Shown here piece after piece: positions 11,970 through 25,464 of a stretch of DNA of 64,000 nt; position 1 is the first letter of the stretch, and the number at the start of each line of letters is the position of its first letter. Source of the stretch: Octopus sinensis (taxonomy: Eukaryota); the NCBI RefSeq assembly GCF_006345805.1, contig NC_043012.1, positions 56,730,001-56,794,000 on the forward strand. Direction: 5' to 3'. The translations under genes were made by a program, and so were the position numbers. The notes beneath the pieces were generated by a model. It was not told the origin of the DNA, did no database searches, and was given only the letters and a program-made list of their open reading frames with translations.

Positions 11970-12410
11970 ATATCTATGTATGGTGTATGTTTGTGTGTGT
12001 GTGCATGTATTGATGTGTGTATGTATGATGTATATTTGTGTATGTGTGCATGTATTGATGTGTGTATGTATGATGTATATTTGTGTATGTGTGCATGTAT
12101 TGATGTGTGTATGTATGATGTATATTTGTGTATGTGTGCATGTATTGATGTGTGTATGTATGATGTATATTTGTGTATGTGTGCATGTATTGATGTGTGT
12201 ATGTATGATGTATATTTGTGTATGTGTGCATGTATTGATGTGTGTATGTATGGTGTATGTTTGTGTATGTGTGCATGTATTGATGTGTGTATGTATGATG
12301 TATATTTGTGTATGTGTGCATGTATTGATGTGTGTATGTATGATGTATATTTGTGTATGTGTGCATGTATTGATGTGTGTATGTATGATGTATGTTTGTG
12401 TACGTGTGCA
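11970..12410. repeat. 45-bp minisatellite, about 10 units
   Basis: 15-residue periodicity in all ORF-track frames (MCVCMMYICVCVHVL). Confidence 0.92.
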
Positions 12411-12707
12411 TTGCCTTTGTGTTTGTTCCCCACCACTGTTTGACAACCAGTATTGATTTGTTTAAATCTCTCTAACTTAGTTGTTTGGCAGAAGAAACCA
12501 GTAGAATAGCACCAAGTTTTTAAAAAATAAGTACTGGGGTTAACTTGTCCAACTAAAAACCCTTCACAGCCATGCCCCAGCATGGCCACAATCTGATGAC
12601 TGAAACAAATAAAAGATAAATGGTATACATATATGAATTTTTATCTTTTAGTTGCTTATATATATATCTATCTTTTATTTGTTGATATGTATATATATAT
12701 ATATATA

Positions 12708-13145
12708 TCATCATCATCCTCGTTTAATGTCCGTTTTCCATGCTAGCAAGGGTTGGAAGGTTTGACCGGGGTCTGGGAAGCCAGGAGGCTGCACCAGGCT
12801 CCAGTCTGATCTCGCAGTATTTCTACAGCTTGATGCCCTTCCTAACGCCAACCACTCCGTGAGTGTAGTGGATGCTTTTTACGTGCCAGGGAGGCTGGCA
12901 GCGGCCACAATTGGTTGGTGCTTTTTAAGTGCCACCAGCACAGAAGCCAGTCAAGGCAGCGCTGGCATTGGTCACGTTGGGATGGTGCTTTTTATGTGCT
13001 ACCAGCACGGAAGCCAGTCAAGGCAGCGCTGGCATTGGCCATGTTGGGATGGTGCTTTTTATGTGCCACCAGCACAGAAGCCAGTCAGGGCAGCGCTGGC
13101 ATTGGCCACGTTGGGATGGTGCTTTTTATGTGCCGCCGGCACAAG
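12708..13145 (-). mobile_element. VNTR-bearing non-autonomous retroposon with (GAT)n tail
   Basis: About 3.5 copies of a 67-bp unit (GGTGCTTTTT at 12917, 12984, 13051, 13118), then GGTTGGCGTTAGGAAGGGCATC...GGACATTAAACG and (GAT)n on the minus strand. Confidence 0.78.
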
Positions 13146-13239
13146 TGTCGCAACTACAATTTCCATTTGATATTGATATTGGTGTTGATATATATATATA
13201 TATACTTACATATAAGAGACCAAAGTGGTATGTATGCCA

Positions 13240-13730
13240 CTATATTTTTATATATAAAAAGTACAAAAATGGGACAAAAACGCAAAACATCCAGACAGTT
13301 AGGTGATACTAAGAAGAGACAACAAAACATCCAGACAGATGGAAAAAAACGGGTCCCTGCCATAAGGCTTTACTTCCACACACACCAGCTTAATTTAATT
13401 CATCCTTAGTCGAAAGACACCCATTGTTAATGTCCTGTTATTTGTATTTGTGTATCATGTCTCCGTTTTTTTTACCATCCTTGTTTTCAAATACATTCAC
13501 TGCTTTCTTCCAAGGAATCTAGTACTCTTAGCTTAGTTTTTCCTAGAGGCTGGCCAGATTGGAGCAATCTCGAGTATAACCAGCCAGAATTGCAAAGATA
13601 ATCTGGAACTCGATTGAGGAAAGCTTCGAATGACCTGTTCTTGTTTTCTTTGTATCGTCTGTCTGGATGTTTTGTTGTCCCTTTATTGTATCACCTAACT
13701 GTCTGGATGTTTTATGTTTTTACTTTAAAG
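13240..13730. mobile_element. Element with inverted outer arms, possibly Penelope-like
   Basis: CAAAACATCCAGACAGTTAGGTGATAC...CATCCAGACAGAT (13287-13343) is mirrored at about 13654-13710, with an unrelated spacer of about 300 bp. Confidence 0.45.
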
Positions 13731-13784
13731 GCGGTGCTCCAGGATGGCCACAGTCAAATGACTGAAACAAGTAAAAGAGTAAAA

Positions 13785-13827
<43 letters not shown>

Positions 13828-13860
13828 TAGATATACACACATACATATATATATACTTAC

Positions 13861-13900
<40 letters not shown>

Positions 13901-14837
13901 ATTTAAATTTAATTTGTGTCAAAATATTTTTGTTGCTTGGAAACCAGTCGTGGTTTCAAAGTGATGAAAATATTTTGGCACAAATTAAATTAAAATGTTG
14001 AAGTGAATCTAATGGCTTTTTGTGTGCTCTTAAATGGCTTATAAACATCTTCCACACTACAATTGTCTTTGCTTTAGTACAGGATCCTATATCAAGTCAC
14101 TTGCTATACAAATACATCTCTGTAATATATATACATATATTTATACTTTTATTTATTAAAACTGCAGAAACATCACAAAAACATCACAAAAAAACTGCTA
14201 CCCAGAATTTCACAGTCCCATTTGTTTAATCACAACTGTCAGATGAACAGGAATGTGAAACTCTGAGTAGCAGATTTTGTGATAGTTTTGCAGCTTTAAT
14301 AATAAAGCATATTGCTATACCTCCGGCATTCAAGTACTATTTTTCCCCACCTTGTTTCACATTTATGTGCTTACTCCGGTATATATATATATGCGATGTT
14401 CTTGGTAAAACATGTTCTTTGTCTATCTCCTTATCCTCTTGGAGATTTAGGGTAAAAATATACTAATGTGTCCTCCTAACTTAATTAAATCCTATGTTTT
14501 TGTGCAGCTGAAGATTGCTCTACATTTTAAATTGATGTAATGAAATGATTGCATTGTTCTATTAATTGGAATTGCATGAAACGATTGTACTGCATTACCT
14601 CTGGATATCCTTGTTGCTTATTTTGATTATATATATATATATATATAAGAAAAGAGTTGACAAAGGAATAACCGAGCCAGTCATCTTATGAACTTCATTA
14701 GCTTGTAGATTATCTTGTTATTTCTTTGCCCACTCTTTCCTTATTATTACTCTGCACCCAACTAATGCTTCGTTCAGAAGCTTGTGTATATTGAGTTCTA
14801 TGCCATATTATTTGTCTCACAGTGCCTAAGCAATATA

Positions 14838-15695
14838 CAGGGTGCAGTGAATAAACTGTTGTCTAAATTACGCAAAAATGAAAATAACACTGACATCTCA
14901 TTTTGACAGATATATTTATCAAAATTACATAAAAATACTTTGAAATACTAAACAGTAAATTTATTGAATAAAATCACCACTGGCTTCAACCACATTCTCC
15001 AGATGACTTCGGAATCTTCTGCAATTTTTCTGAACGGTCTCCTTGTTTATGTTGGCAAATGCTGCCATAATCTTTGCCTTCGGTTCATCTTTGGTGTTAG
15101 AAGGAATTTTATTGGTCTCTTGCTCAACAGCACCCCACACATAATAATCAAGGGGGTTGCAGTCTGGGGAGTTAAGTAGCCAAATGTTAGAGGTAATTTC
15201 AGAACTTGTCTAACAGCCATGACTGGGTTCTCCTGCTTGTGTGGCATGGTGCAGAGTCCTGTTGCCAGACATAACAGTCTTCCAGCAGCTGTCCTCTTGA
15301 CCCAGGGAATTACTCCTCCAGGCACTTGATGTAGGCTCCATGTTGAGATGAATGGGAAGATGAATGGAGGCATAATGTCGCCATCACTAGTGATCACGCC
15401 AAACACCATGATGTTGACTGGATGTTTGATTTTTATCACTCTCGGTACATGTCCTCAGATTGACACCCCAAAACTCTCAAATCTTTGTATTGAAGCTTCT
15501 GGCATGAATGCCAAACAGTACAGCATATCGTTTCCAAATTTCTGGCAGAGTGAATTGCGTTACGGTTCTGTTTTTCTCACAGTTGGTGCCCAACTGACCC
15601 TACTATACTGTGTAGTTGACACAGTCAAAAGCAAACAATGTGCATGTGTGAAATTAAAACATATAAAATGGTGACAATTTATCCATCGCTCCCTG
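14838..15695 (-). mobile_element. Tc1/mariner maT (DD37D)-like deletion derivative
   Basis: TA-flanked TIRs CAGGGTGCAGTGAATAAACTG / CAGGGAGCGATGGATAAATTG. Remnant KHPVNIMVFGVITSDGDIMPPFIFP...WVKRTAAGR and a PDCNPLDYYVWG-type motif. Confidence 0.85.
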
Positions 15696-15782
15696 TATAT
15701 ATATATCACCCATTCCCTTCCTGCTATTCATTGGCGATTTTTTTTTCTCAGTCTTCCCTTCCTTGGATCTTTCCTTTTCTAT

Positions 15783-15817
15783 GTTTCTGATGAAGAGCTC
15801 TAATCAAAACGTTAAAT
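15783..15817 (+). ncRNA. Degenerate hammerhead-like motif (GAGC family) in Penelope-like terminus 15700-15925
   Basis: GTTT CTGATGA A GAGC-tcta-ATC AAAA CGT T AAAT. The downstream flank (TTCCTGAGCGTCCAATAA...GTTCCACGTCCTCGCGTTG) is homologous to flanks at about 3040, 27090, 27930 and 29140. Confidence 0.55.
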
Positions 15818-15985
15818 CCTCCTTCTTTCTTTCCTTTCCTGAGCGTCCAATAACACTATACTTGTTCCACGTCCTCGCGTTGTTGTGTTTTCTCTTTGTG
15901 TTTTCATGTTTGGATTAACTATATATATATGTATAATTTAGATAGTGGACACACTATATCTCATAGAGTTTTTTCCTTTCTTCAG

Positions 15986-16075
15986 GTGCAACACCTTCAT
16001 CCCAATTTGATGGAAAAGAGCAGCAGTTCAGGAACTGAGGGAAGTCTCAACAACGACCATGATGAAAATGTGTGA
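15986..16075 (+). other. Possible exon of an unidentified plus-strand transcript
   Basis: Strong acceptor TTTTTTCCTTTCTTCAG|G at 15985/15986. One frame reads VQHLHPNLMEKSSSSGTEGSLNNDHDENV*, followed by unique UTR-like sequence. No homology recognised. Confidence 0.22.
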
Positions 16076-17282
16076 AAAGGAATCTGTTGCCAAGAACTTG
16101 TATCTCGTCATCTTTTGCTCCTGTAGATAACTAGTGTTTTATGGTTGTTAGTGCTAGCTTCTCCTTTTGCTATTCTCATATCAGCTTGACTAGACTGTTA
16201 TGTTGTGTGTGTTGCTAATTACTGCACTAAGATCTGTTTCCAAATTATTTTATTTACCACACTGCAGTATTTACATTTGTACATTCCAGTAGCATATGTT
16301 GGTTGTTGTATTGGGTATGCTATCATATTTCAAGCAGGGTTATAACAAAAGTTTTCCATTAAGATTTGAGATTAAATTACTGAGTAGGATTAATATTTAT
16401 AATGAATTTGCCATTTTCAATAGGTGTGTGGCACACACCTAGCAATCCAGAATATACACTCCTGGTGCATTCAGTAACTTAATTTTTGGTGAGTAGAACA
16501 GGACCTATGAATCAGTCAGTGCATAGAGTGAATATTCATTGATTGACATGCCGAGCTAAGTAGAATCATGACTGTCCATTCATATAAGGATGTCCTCTAA
16601 ATCCCTCTCACAGCTGAGTAGTCCTAATCTTGTGGGCTCATGGGTGCTGGTGCCATGTAAAAGCACCTGTGTCAGTGCCTCATAAAACTGCCCCTACCAG
16701 TGCCATGTAAAAGCACCAATGCCAGTACCATGTAAAAGCACTGGTGGTGGTGCCACATAAAAGCTCTTGTGCTGGTGCCATAAAAAGTGCCCATGCTGGT
16801 GCCACATAGAAGTGCTGGTGGTGACGCCATGTAAAATCTCCTGTGCCATATTAAAACACCCATGCTGGTGCCATGTAAAAGCGCTGGTGGTGGTGCCACA
16901 TAAAAGCTCCTGTGCTGGTGCCATAAAAAAGTGTCCATGCTGGTGCCATGTAGAAAATTTCCCTCTCACCAAAGGGAGGGGACTTGTTGATTGCATCAAC
17001 CCAGTACTCAACTGGTACTTATTTCACCAATCCTGAAATGATCAAAGGTAAAGTTGGTCTCAGTGGTCACTAAGCATTTTGTCCTGTGAGCTAATGACTA
17101 TCTTAAATTAACAAATAATTATAAAAGAAGTGAAACAGAATCAATGTGTGAGTCTATTATTAGCACAATGACCCTCCTGAAATACAGTGAAGCCACAAAT
17201 TTTGTTTACTTTTCCTGTTTGAATATGAAGACAGTAAGAGTTGTGAAATGTAATAAATTAATGAAGACATCATCATTAGAAT

Positions 17283-18278
17283 GGCGTAGGAGTGGCTGTG
17301 TGGTAAGTAGCTTGCTTACCAACCACATGACTCTGGGTTCAGTCCCACTACGTGGCACCTTGTGCAAGTGTCTTCTACTAAAGCCTTGGGCCGGCCAGAG
17401 CCTTGTGAGTGGATTTGGTAGATGGAAACTGAAAGAAGCCCGTTGTATATAGGTGTATATATATATGTATATGTGTGTGTGTAGTGTATATGTTTGTGTG
17501 TCTGTGTTTGTCTCCCCAACATTGCTTGACAACCAATGCCATGCAGCACAAAATTTTGTCAGTGAACAGGTCGTGGTCTCAAAGCGACGAAAATATTTTG
17601 ACAAATTAAATTTAAATGCTGAAGTGAATCTAACGGTTTTTGTGTGTTTCTTAAATGGCTTATAAACACCTTCCATGCTACAAGTAAAAGAGAACAAAAG
17701 AGAAAAGAGAATGAGCAAAATGGCACAATTGTCAGAATGTTGGTAAATGTTATGTTCTGAGTTCAAATCTGAATGCTGCCTTTCATCCCTCTGGGGTTCA
17801 CTAAGATAAATTTCCAGTTTAGTGCTGCAGTCGATAAGTTTTGAATAATTCTTGTCCCCAAATTTCAGGTGCTGGGCTTATATTACAAACAATTATTAAG
17901 GCAAAATGACCAATCATTTTCCCTTTATGTTTCGTCATTAGACTGTAACCATGCTGGAGCACTGCCTTGGAGAGTTTCTAGTCGAATAGATTGACTCCAA
18001 TAGGTTTTTTTAAGCTTGGTACTTATTCTATAGGTCTTGTTTGCTAAACCACTAAGCTATGGGGATGTAAACGAACCAACACTGGTTGTCAAGCTGTGGA
18101 AAGAGCAAACACACACACACGATGGGGTTCTTTTAGTTTCTCTCTACCAAATCCACTCACAAGGCTTTGGTTGGCTCAAAGCTATCATAGAAGACATTTG
18201 CCAAAGGTGCCAGGCCGTGGTGTGGGACTGAACCCAGACCCATGTGGTTGGGAAGCAAGCTTCTTACCACACAGCCAC
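17283..18278. mobile_element. Cluster: family A 5' part (+, 17283-17530), foldback fragment (17540-17685), family B fragment (about 17740-17880), family A (-, 17925-18278)
   Basis: Each segment matches the same family elsewhere in the window. Confidence 0.72.
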
Positions 18279-18689
18279 GAGAAAAATTTCTAAATAGTAG
18301 GTAGAAAAATTTGAAAAAGCATGAGCTAGTAGTGAAATAAAGAGAAATATCATGTCATAAATAGTAATATTAGTTATTGATTAAATATCATTTTTATCAT
18401 TACGTTTATTTCTTGATAGATTTTTTTTGAATGCAGGCTAATACTAACTTGCTTACTGAGATAGTCATATCATGGCATAAATATATTCAGAGTCGAGTTT
18501 GAATCCCAGATACACGGTTTTGGACTGGCGTTTTTTTTACTATAGCATTGAGCCAACCAAAGCCTTGTGAGTGGACTTGGTAAACGGCAACTGATAGAAT
18601 GTGTGTGTGTGTGATTGTGTGTGTATGCGTGTGTGTGTGTGTGATTGTGTGTATGTATGTATGTATAGACATATATATATATACATGTA

Positions 18690-19202
18690 TGTATGTATGT
18701 ATGTATATATATATATATATATAATATATATATAATATTCATAAAATAAGAATAAAAATCACGTTAGTGATTATTATCAGGTAGTCAGTATGGAATAAAA
18801 ATTTATAAACAATTTATATATTAAATTAATAATTTTATATATAAATAATATATAATATATAAATATATTATAATATATATATAATTATTAATTAATATAT
18901 ATATAATATACATGTATATATATATACATACATATATATATGTATATATATATATATATGTATATATGTGTATATATATATGCATATATATATACATATA
19001 TATATACAGCTATATATATATATGCATGGAAAGCGGACGTTAAATGATGATGATGATGATGATGATATATATGTGTGTGTATATATATATATATACATAT
19101 ATATATGTATATATATACATATATATATAATATATATATATGTATATATATACATATATATATACATATATATATAATATGTATATGTATATATATATAT
19201 AT

Positions 19203-19277
<75 letters not shown>

Positions 19278-19780
19278 TATATGTGTTTAATGTATATGAG
19301 CAAAGTCAGTGATAGAAAAAAAAATCATTGAAATGAATCATTGATGATGCATTGTGAAGCCCTTGTATGACTCTTGAGCCTGGCAAAAGATTTGCACACA
19401 CACACTCACACACGTGCACATGCGCACACACATATATTTATGTGTGTGTGTCTTTGTGTCTGTGTTTATTAACCCTGACCCCACATTCCCACTGCTTGAC
19501 AACTGGTGTCAGTGTGATTAAATCCCTGTAACTTAGCGATTCTGCAAAATTGATCAACGGAATAAATACCTGGCTTAAAAAAAAATTAAAAAGTCCTGGG
19601 CTTGATTTATTCAACTAATGTTTTTCAAGGTGGTGCTCCAGCAAGGCCATGGTCTAATAATGGAAATAAGTAAAAGAGAAAGGATAAAATATATTAGTAA
19701 TGAAGAGGGATGAAAGCCACAGCATTGCTGATTAAAGAAAGAGCTCTAAATTTATGAAATGATATAACTTTAGCTTGCTA

Positions 19781-19828
<48 letters not shown>

Positions 19829-19879
19829 GTTATTATTATTGTTATTATTATTATCATTATTATGTTATTATTATTGTTA

Positions 19880-19910
<31 letters not shown>

Positions 19911-19961
19911 GTTATTATTATTGTTATTATTATTATCATTATTATGTTATTATTATTGTTA

Positions 19962-20008
<47 letters not shown>

Positions 20009-20010
20009 TG
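18690..20010. repeat. (TA)n-rich block (18690-19290) and (TAT)n block (19780-20010)
   Basis: Direct reading. Confidence 0.9.
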
Positions 20011-20330
20011 GCACGTAAATCGTGCCGGTGGCACGTAAATCATGCCAGTGGTACATAAAAAGCACCATCCGATCGTGGCCATTGCCAGCCTCGCCTGGCC
20101 CCTGTGCCGGTGGAATGTAAAAAGCACCATCCAATCATGGCCGTTTGCCAGCCTCGTCTGGCACCTGTGCTGGTGGCATGTAAAATGCATCCACTACACT
20201 CACGGAGTGGTTGGCGTTAGGAAGGGCCAGATCAGACTGGGCCTGGTGCAGCCTTCTGGCTTCCCAGACCCCAGTTGAACTGTCCAACCCATGCCAGCAT
20301 GGACAGCGGACGCTAAACAATGATGATGAT
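20008..20330 (+). mobile_element. Same VNTR retroposon family
   Basis: GTGGCACGTAAA.../AAAAAGCACCATCC repeats with the same body and (GAT)n tail. Related pieces lie at 16640-16960 (short units) and 19023-19065 (tail only). Confidence 0.78.
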
Positions 20331-20625
20331 TATTATAATTATTTTGTTTGACTTTTGCTTTGCATTTGTACAAGTTTGCTCCGAGTCTCACCCATAGGCC
20401 TCAAGTTCAGGCTGGTATTATGCTTAGGGTGTCATATATTTGGTTTTGTACATCGTGTTGTTCTAGAGAATGTTTAAGAAACCATAAGAAAATTATGTGT
20501 TTGTTTTAAAATTTGAGATTACATAGACAGTATTTTACATAGGATATGGGCAGTTCCCATGAGCACTATCTTTTGAATTTCTGCCATTTTAATTTAATAA
20601 TTTTGAAAAATAGTGTAGTTATTAA

Positions 20626-20765
20626 CCCTTTTGGTACCAACCCAGCTGAAAGCGGCTATTAACACTAGTTTAATGATAACTAAGTTATTTTGCTAAATTC
20701 TTTGTTATATTTAAAATTAATTGGAAGAAACACAGAGCATCTCAAAATAAATAAACTGTAAAGGG
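20626..20765. mobile_element. piggyBac-type MITE
   Basis: TTAA|CCCTTT ... AAAGGG|TTAA. Confidence 0.72.
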
Positions 20766-21297
20766 TTAAACACCATTAGAGAAAATTTCCTTTTGAAATA
20801 TAACAAGGGAAGCTGCTATACAATTGCTAGAAATAGCAGCCAAATCTTTCTCAAATCATTCCTTATTATCAATACAAAAGAAAGAAGTGGATAGTGTTGT
20901 CCCAGATATATGGAAAGATATATAGACGTCATTGATTGGTTGAAATTGCAGAAATTGAAGAAAAAAAAACAACAAATATCTTACAAACTACAGAATTTTC
21001 TCAAGAAAGCCAAGAGAAAAAAATGTTTTATAAATACATTCTACCATTATACGAAGTTTAAAAGTGTTTAGTTACGTGCAAATTATTTTAAAAAACTGCC
21101 GTTCAAACCGAAAAGATCCCTGCTCTCTTTTGAGTTTCTTGCTTAAGATATTGGCTCATCCGGGATCTCGGCGAGCCATAGGTCAAGTTCACATTTGAAA
21201 ACGTCTACATTCACTCCACGGAGGCTCCTCAGATTCTTCGGCAGACAATTAACTGGTGTGGACCCTTGAAACCCAAGCTATGTATATATATTCTTTT

Positions 21298-21563
21298 GGC
21301 AATCTTTCGTCTCTAGTAGACCTTTCCGTCGATTTCCGTAAAAAAATTTTTTTTTTTTACATATGGGCTTGCGGGAACTTTTGAAGTAATGAGAGCGAAA
21401 GAGACTAAGAGAAAGCGATTGTATGACGAGGGAAGTTCTTTTGAAGTTACCGTGCATGGGAGCATTGATGTACATGTGTGTGTGTGTGTGTTTGATGGGG
21501 TGTGGGAGACAGACAGTATGTTGTGTAATCGACGGAAAGGTCTACTAGAGACGAAAGATCGCC
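21298..21563. mobile_element. MITE with 37-bp TIRs and 8-bp TSD (Merlin- or hAT-type)
   Basis: TIR GGCAATCTTTCGTCTCTAGTAGACCTTTCCGTCGATT; perfect TSD ATTCTTTT at 21290-21297 and 21564-21571. Confidence 0.85.
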
Positions 21564-22985
21564 ATTCTTTTAATTACAGTTAGACTAGGCAGGGTGGTAA
21601 TGACGACAACGACGACGACAGTGATGGTGGCGAATATGCTGATAGTGATGGCGATGATATTGATAGTGAGAGCCGCTAACTATCTCAACTTTTTTTTTAA
21701 ACATAAATTATCAATTTTTCCTGCCCGCTCTGAATGGAAAGGAATGGTTTCTACAGAAGGACACCATTTTTTAAAAATTATCTCTAAGCATGTAGTTGTG
21801 AAGGATGAGAAGAATCTAATTTATTTTGGTCCGCTCACGTAAATTAGAGAAAGTACCGCCTTATCACACTGTATGTAACAAAGGAAAGACATTAGATAAT
21901 TCAAAATAATTTGATATCTGAAAGAAAGTCTTAGAAGTTATGGTAGGAACATCAACTAAGCAGCAGCAATCAAAACGAACCGGTACGATATTTAACTAGG
22001 AATATTCTTTGTCAGAGAACACGATCTACTACAAACTTTTGATACGAAAAAGATTTTTTTAATTGCTGGTCTGAAAAAAAAAAACTGGTCTATAGTACAA
22101 GGGAGATTATTGTGAAGGAATCCGTTGTTTATTACTTCCCCTTAGTTGTTTTCTAACCGTTCATAGTTTTATTAGTCAATGGAACTAAATATTTAGTGTT
22201 CAAAGTCGTAAAAATACGTGGGAAGATTTGTTTTTAATGTTGCATTTAATGATACTAAGCGGGATTGTGTGTAATGACTCGTTGATAAAGCAACTTAGGC
22301 TTCAGCCGACAATCTCGGATCGAATTGTTCTTGTTATTCAGTCACCGGTCAATTCTGATCCAATTAGCGTTGATTCAACCAGGACTTTAACCATCTTATT
22401 AAGGTTATCTAGGAATACATTATCCAATGTGTCTGTCGTATTTTTCTCTCTCTTAGAACAATAGAGTGCAATTCGAAGTAGATTGCGGTTTGGCTGTTCT
22501 GATCATAGCCAAACCTCAATCAAGCTAGTCACTCGATGATGTAGAAGCCCTTTTTGGCCCGTCTTGAATTAAATCTCTTGCAAAGCTAATAAAGAAGGCC
22601 ATTAAGTCTTTCCCTTTTTCGTTTGTCGTTTCTATTTTCTTTTGCATTATCAATGATAGTCTGTCTGCAACCATCTGATTGTGTGTGTTTCTTCATTTAG
22701 TTTAGTAAACTTTTAAGTTGGTTGGTTGCATATTTTTTTTATTTTAAAAAGAAAGCATTTCAACGCGGTATAAACGGGGATCATAGAGAGGTAGTGTTTC
22801 CTCAATAATGTCGCTGTTTGTTTTTGTTTTGCTCTGGGCCAGCTTTTGATCGAAGTAAACCTATAATAACAAAAATACTCTAGCTTTGATCATCCAGTCT
22901 TTTTGTTCAAATAGTTTCTCTTAATGCCGTCTTAACAGCATTATCGGCCCTCGACCTATAGTATTTGTTTTCTTTTTACTGAAAA

Positions 22986-23825
<840 letters not shown>

Positions 23826-24278
23826 AAATATAAATACATCACAGCGATTATCCATCAGAATTGGGTTCTAGACCCGTGAGGTTCCCGAGCAAGTGCTTGG
23901 TGTGTTTATACCTTAAGACGGCACAAATCTATGTTGGACTATAATAATATTCTCGTGTACTTTTCACCATTTTGTTTTACCTTTTAAAGATAAGAGGGGC
24001 GGTGGTTCTCTATCTTATTTATTTATTTGTTTATTTACTTCGTGGTGCGCTGGGGGATTAAATAAACAATCGCTGACGCTTTGGAGATTAAATACGCAAT
24101 TATAAGCGCTCTGGAGATTAAGGAAGAAGAGGAAGGAAAAGGAGAAGAAGAAGAAAAACAACAATAACAGCAACAAAAGGGGTGGGAGGGAGAAAAAATT
24201 TAGTGGCGTACTTTTCATGGACAGTTTATCAAAACTGTTTTTAAACTGAGAAAAAAAAAAAAGAATATATATATTTTA

Positions 24279-24507
24279 TTCGGTTGTCCGGAAAGTTCGT
24301 GCCGATTTTTAAAGGAAAGAGAAACAGGTCAATAAATACTTGACATTACATTTTTAATCAACCACATATATGAACCATTTTGTTGCACAATGCGTCTCCA
24401 TCTTTCCTTTAACTTGTAAATACCCTCTTCCCAAAATTGGGGTGCTTGGGAGGGTAAGTCGAAAGGTAAGCTACTATAAATTGGCACGAACTTTCCGGAC
24501 AACCCAA
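24279..24507. mobile_element. Mariner-type MITE
   Basis: TA TSD; about 27-bp TIR TT(C/G)GGTTGTCCGGAAAGTTCGTGCC. Confidence 0.85.
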
Positions 24508-24561
24508 TATATATATATATATATATACCCTGTAAGTTTGGATTTACTCCCTAATATTTTA

Positions 24562-24600
<39 letters not shown>

Positions 24601-24834
24601 AGAGAGAGAGAGAGATACACAGGGGCGGACTGAGCCGTCAGTCAATCGGACATTGCCCGAGGGCCCGGAGCTCTGAGAGACCCGCACTCTACATGTTAAC
24701 TCTACTGATATCAATGCTAAGGGCCCGGTGAACAGTTATGCCCGAAGACCTTTAATACTCTCAGCCCTCCCACACACATTCTCTCTCTCTCAATCTGTCT
24801 CTCTCTTACACACACACATATTAATGTTTGTTTA

Positions 24835-25237
24835 TTTACTCTTTTACTTGTTTCACTCATTTGACTGTGGCCATACTGGAGCACCACCTTTAGTCGACCA
24901 AATCGACCCCAGGACTTATTCTTTGTAAGCCTAGTACTTATTGTATCGGTCTGTTTTTGCCGAACCGCTAAGTTACGTAAACACACCAGCATCGGTTGTC
25001 AAGCGATGTTGGGGGTGGGGGTGGGGGAACACAGACACAAGCGTATAACACACACACACACACATATATACATATATACGACAGGCTTCTTTCATTTTCC
25101 GTCTACCAAATCCACTGACAAAGCTTTGGTCGGCCCGAGGCTTATAGTAGAAGGCACTTGCCCAAGGTACCACGCAGTGGGACTGAACCCGGAACCATGT
25201 GGTTCATTAGTAAGCTACCTACCACACAGCCACTCCT
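24835..25237 (-). mobile_element. Family A SINE
   Basis: Full tail-to-head match. Confidence 0.88.
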
Positions 25238-25350
25238 ATATATCAAGTTATGTACATAACCGATTTAACATTCAACTGAAAGATTACTCAAGACATTTTT
25301 GTTGAGTACAAGTTTATTAATTCTTTTTTTTTTTTTTTACCAGAAAAAGG

Positions 25351-25438
25351 CTGTTAGTGAGTTCGAAGTTTCGACTTGCTCACCGTCGTTAGATGTCTGA
25401 TGACATCCAGCAATCCGAAATTTCGAAATCATTGTCAG
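25351..25438. ncRNA. Back-to-back pair of degenerate hammerhead-like motifs
   Basis: Plus: CTGATGA catccagcaatcc GAAA TTTCGAAA T C. Minus: CTAACGA cggtgagcaagtc GAAA CTTCGAAC T C. The halves are inverted homologues around 25393-25396. Confidence 0.5.
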
Positions 25439-25464
25439 CTATTTTTTTTTATTTTCAAAATTAA

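Larger units (their letters stand above)
11190..12620 (+). mobile_element. Old family A SINE split by nested insertions
   Basis: Head at about 11190 is interrupted by family B (11225-11412). The body resumes at 11413-11560 and the 3' half at 12410-12620, after a young minus copy and a minisatellite. Confidence 0.7.

Noticed and set aside
12900-13145. Regular repeats (also 40491-40960) as CRISPR arrays
   Set aside because: No unique spacers, eukaryotic context, no cas genes.
24619-24772. Possible hAT-type MITE starting CAGGGGCGGACTG
   Set aside because: The right TIR is too degenerate and no TSD was found.
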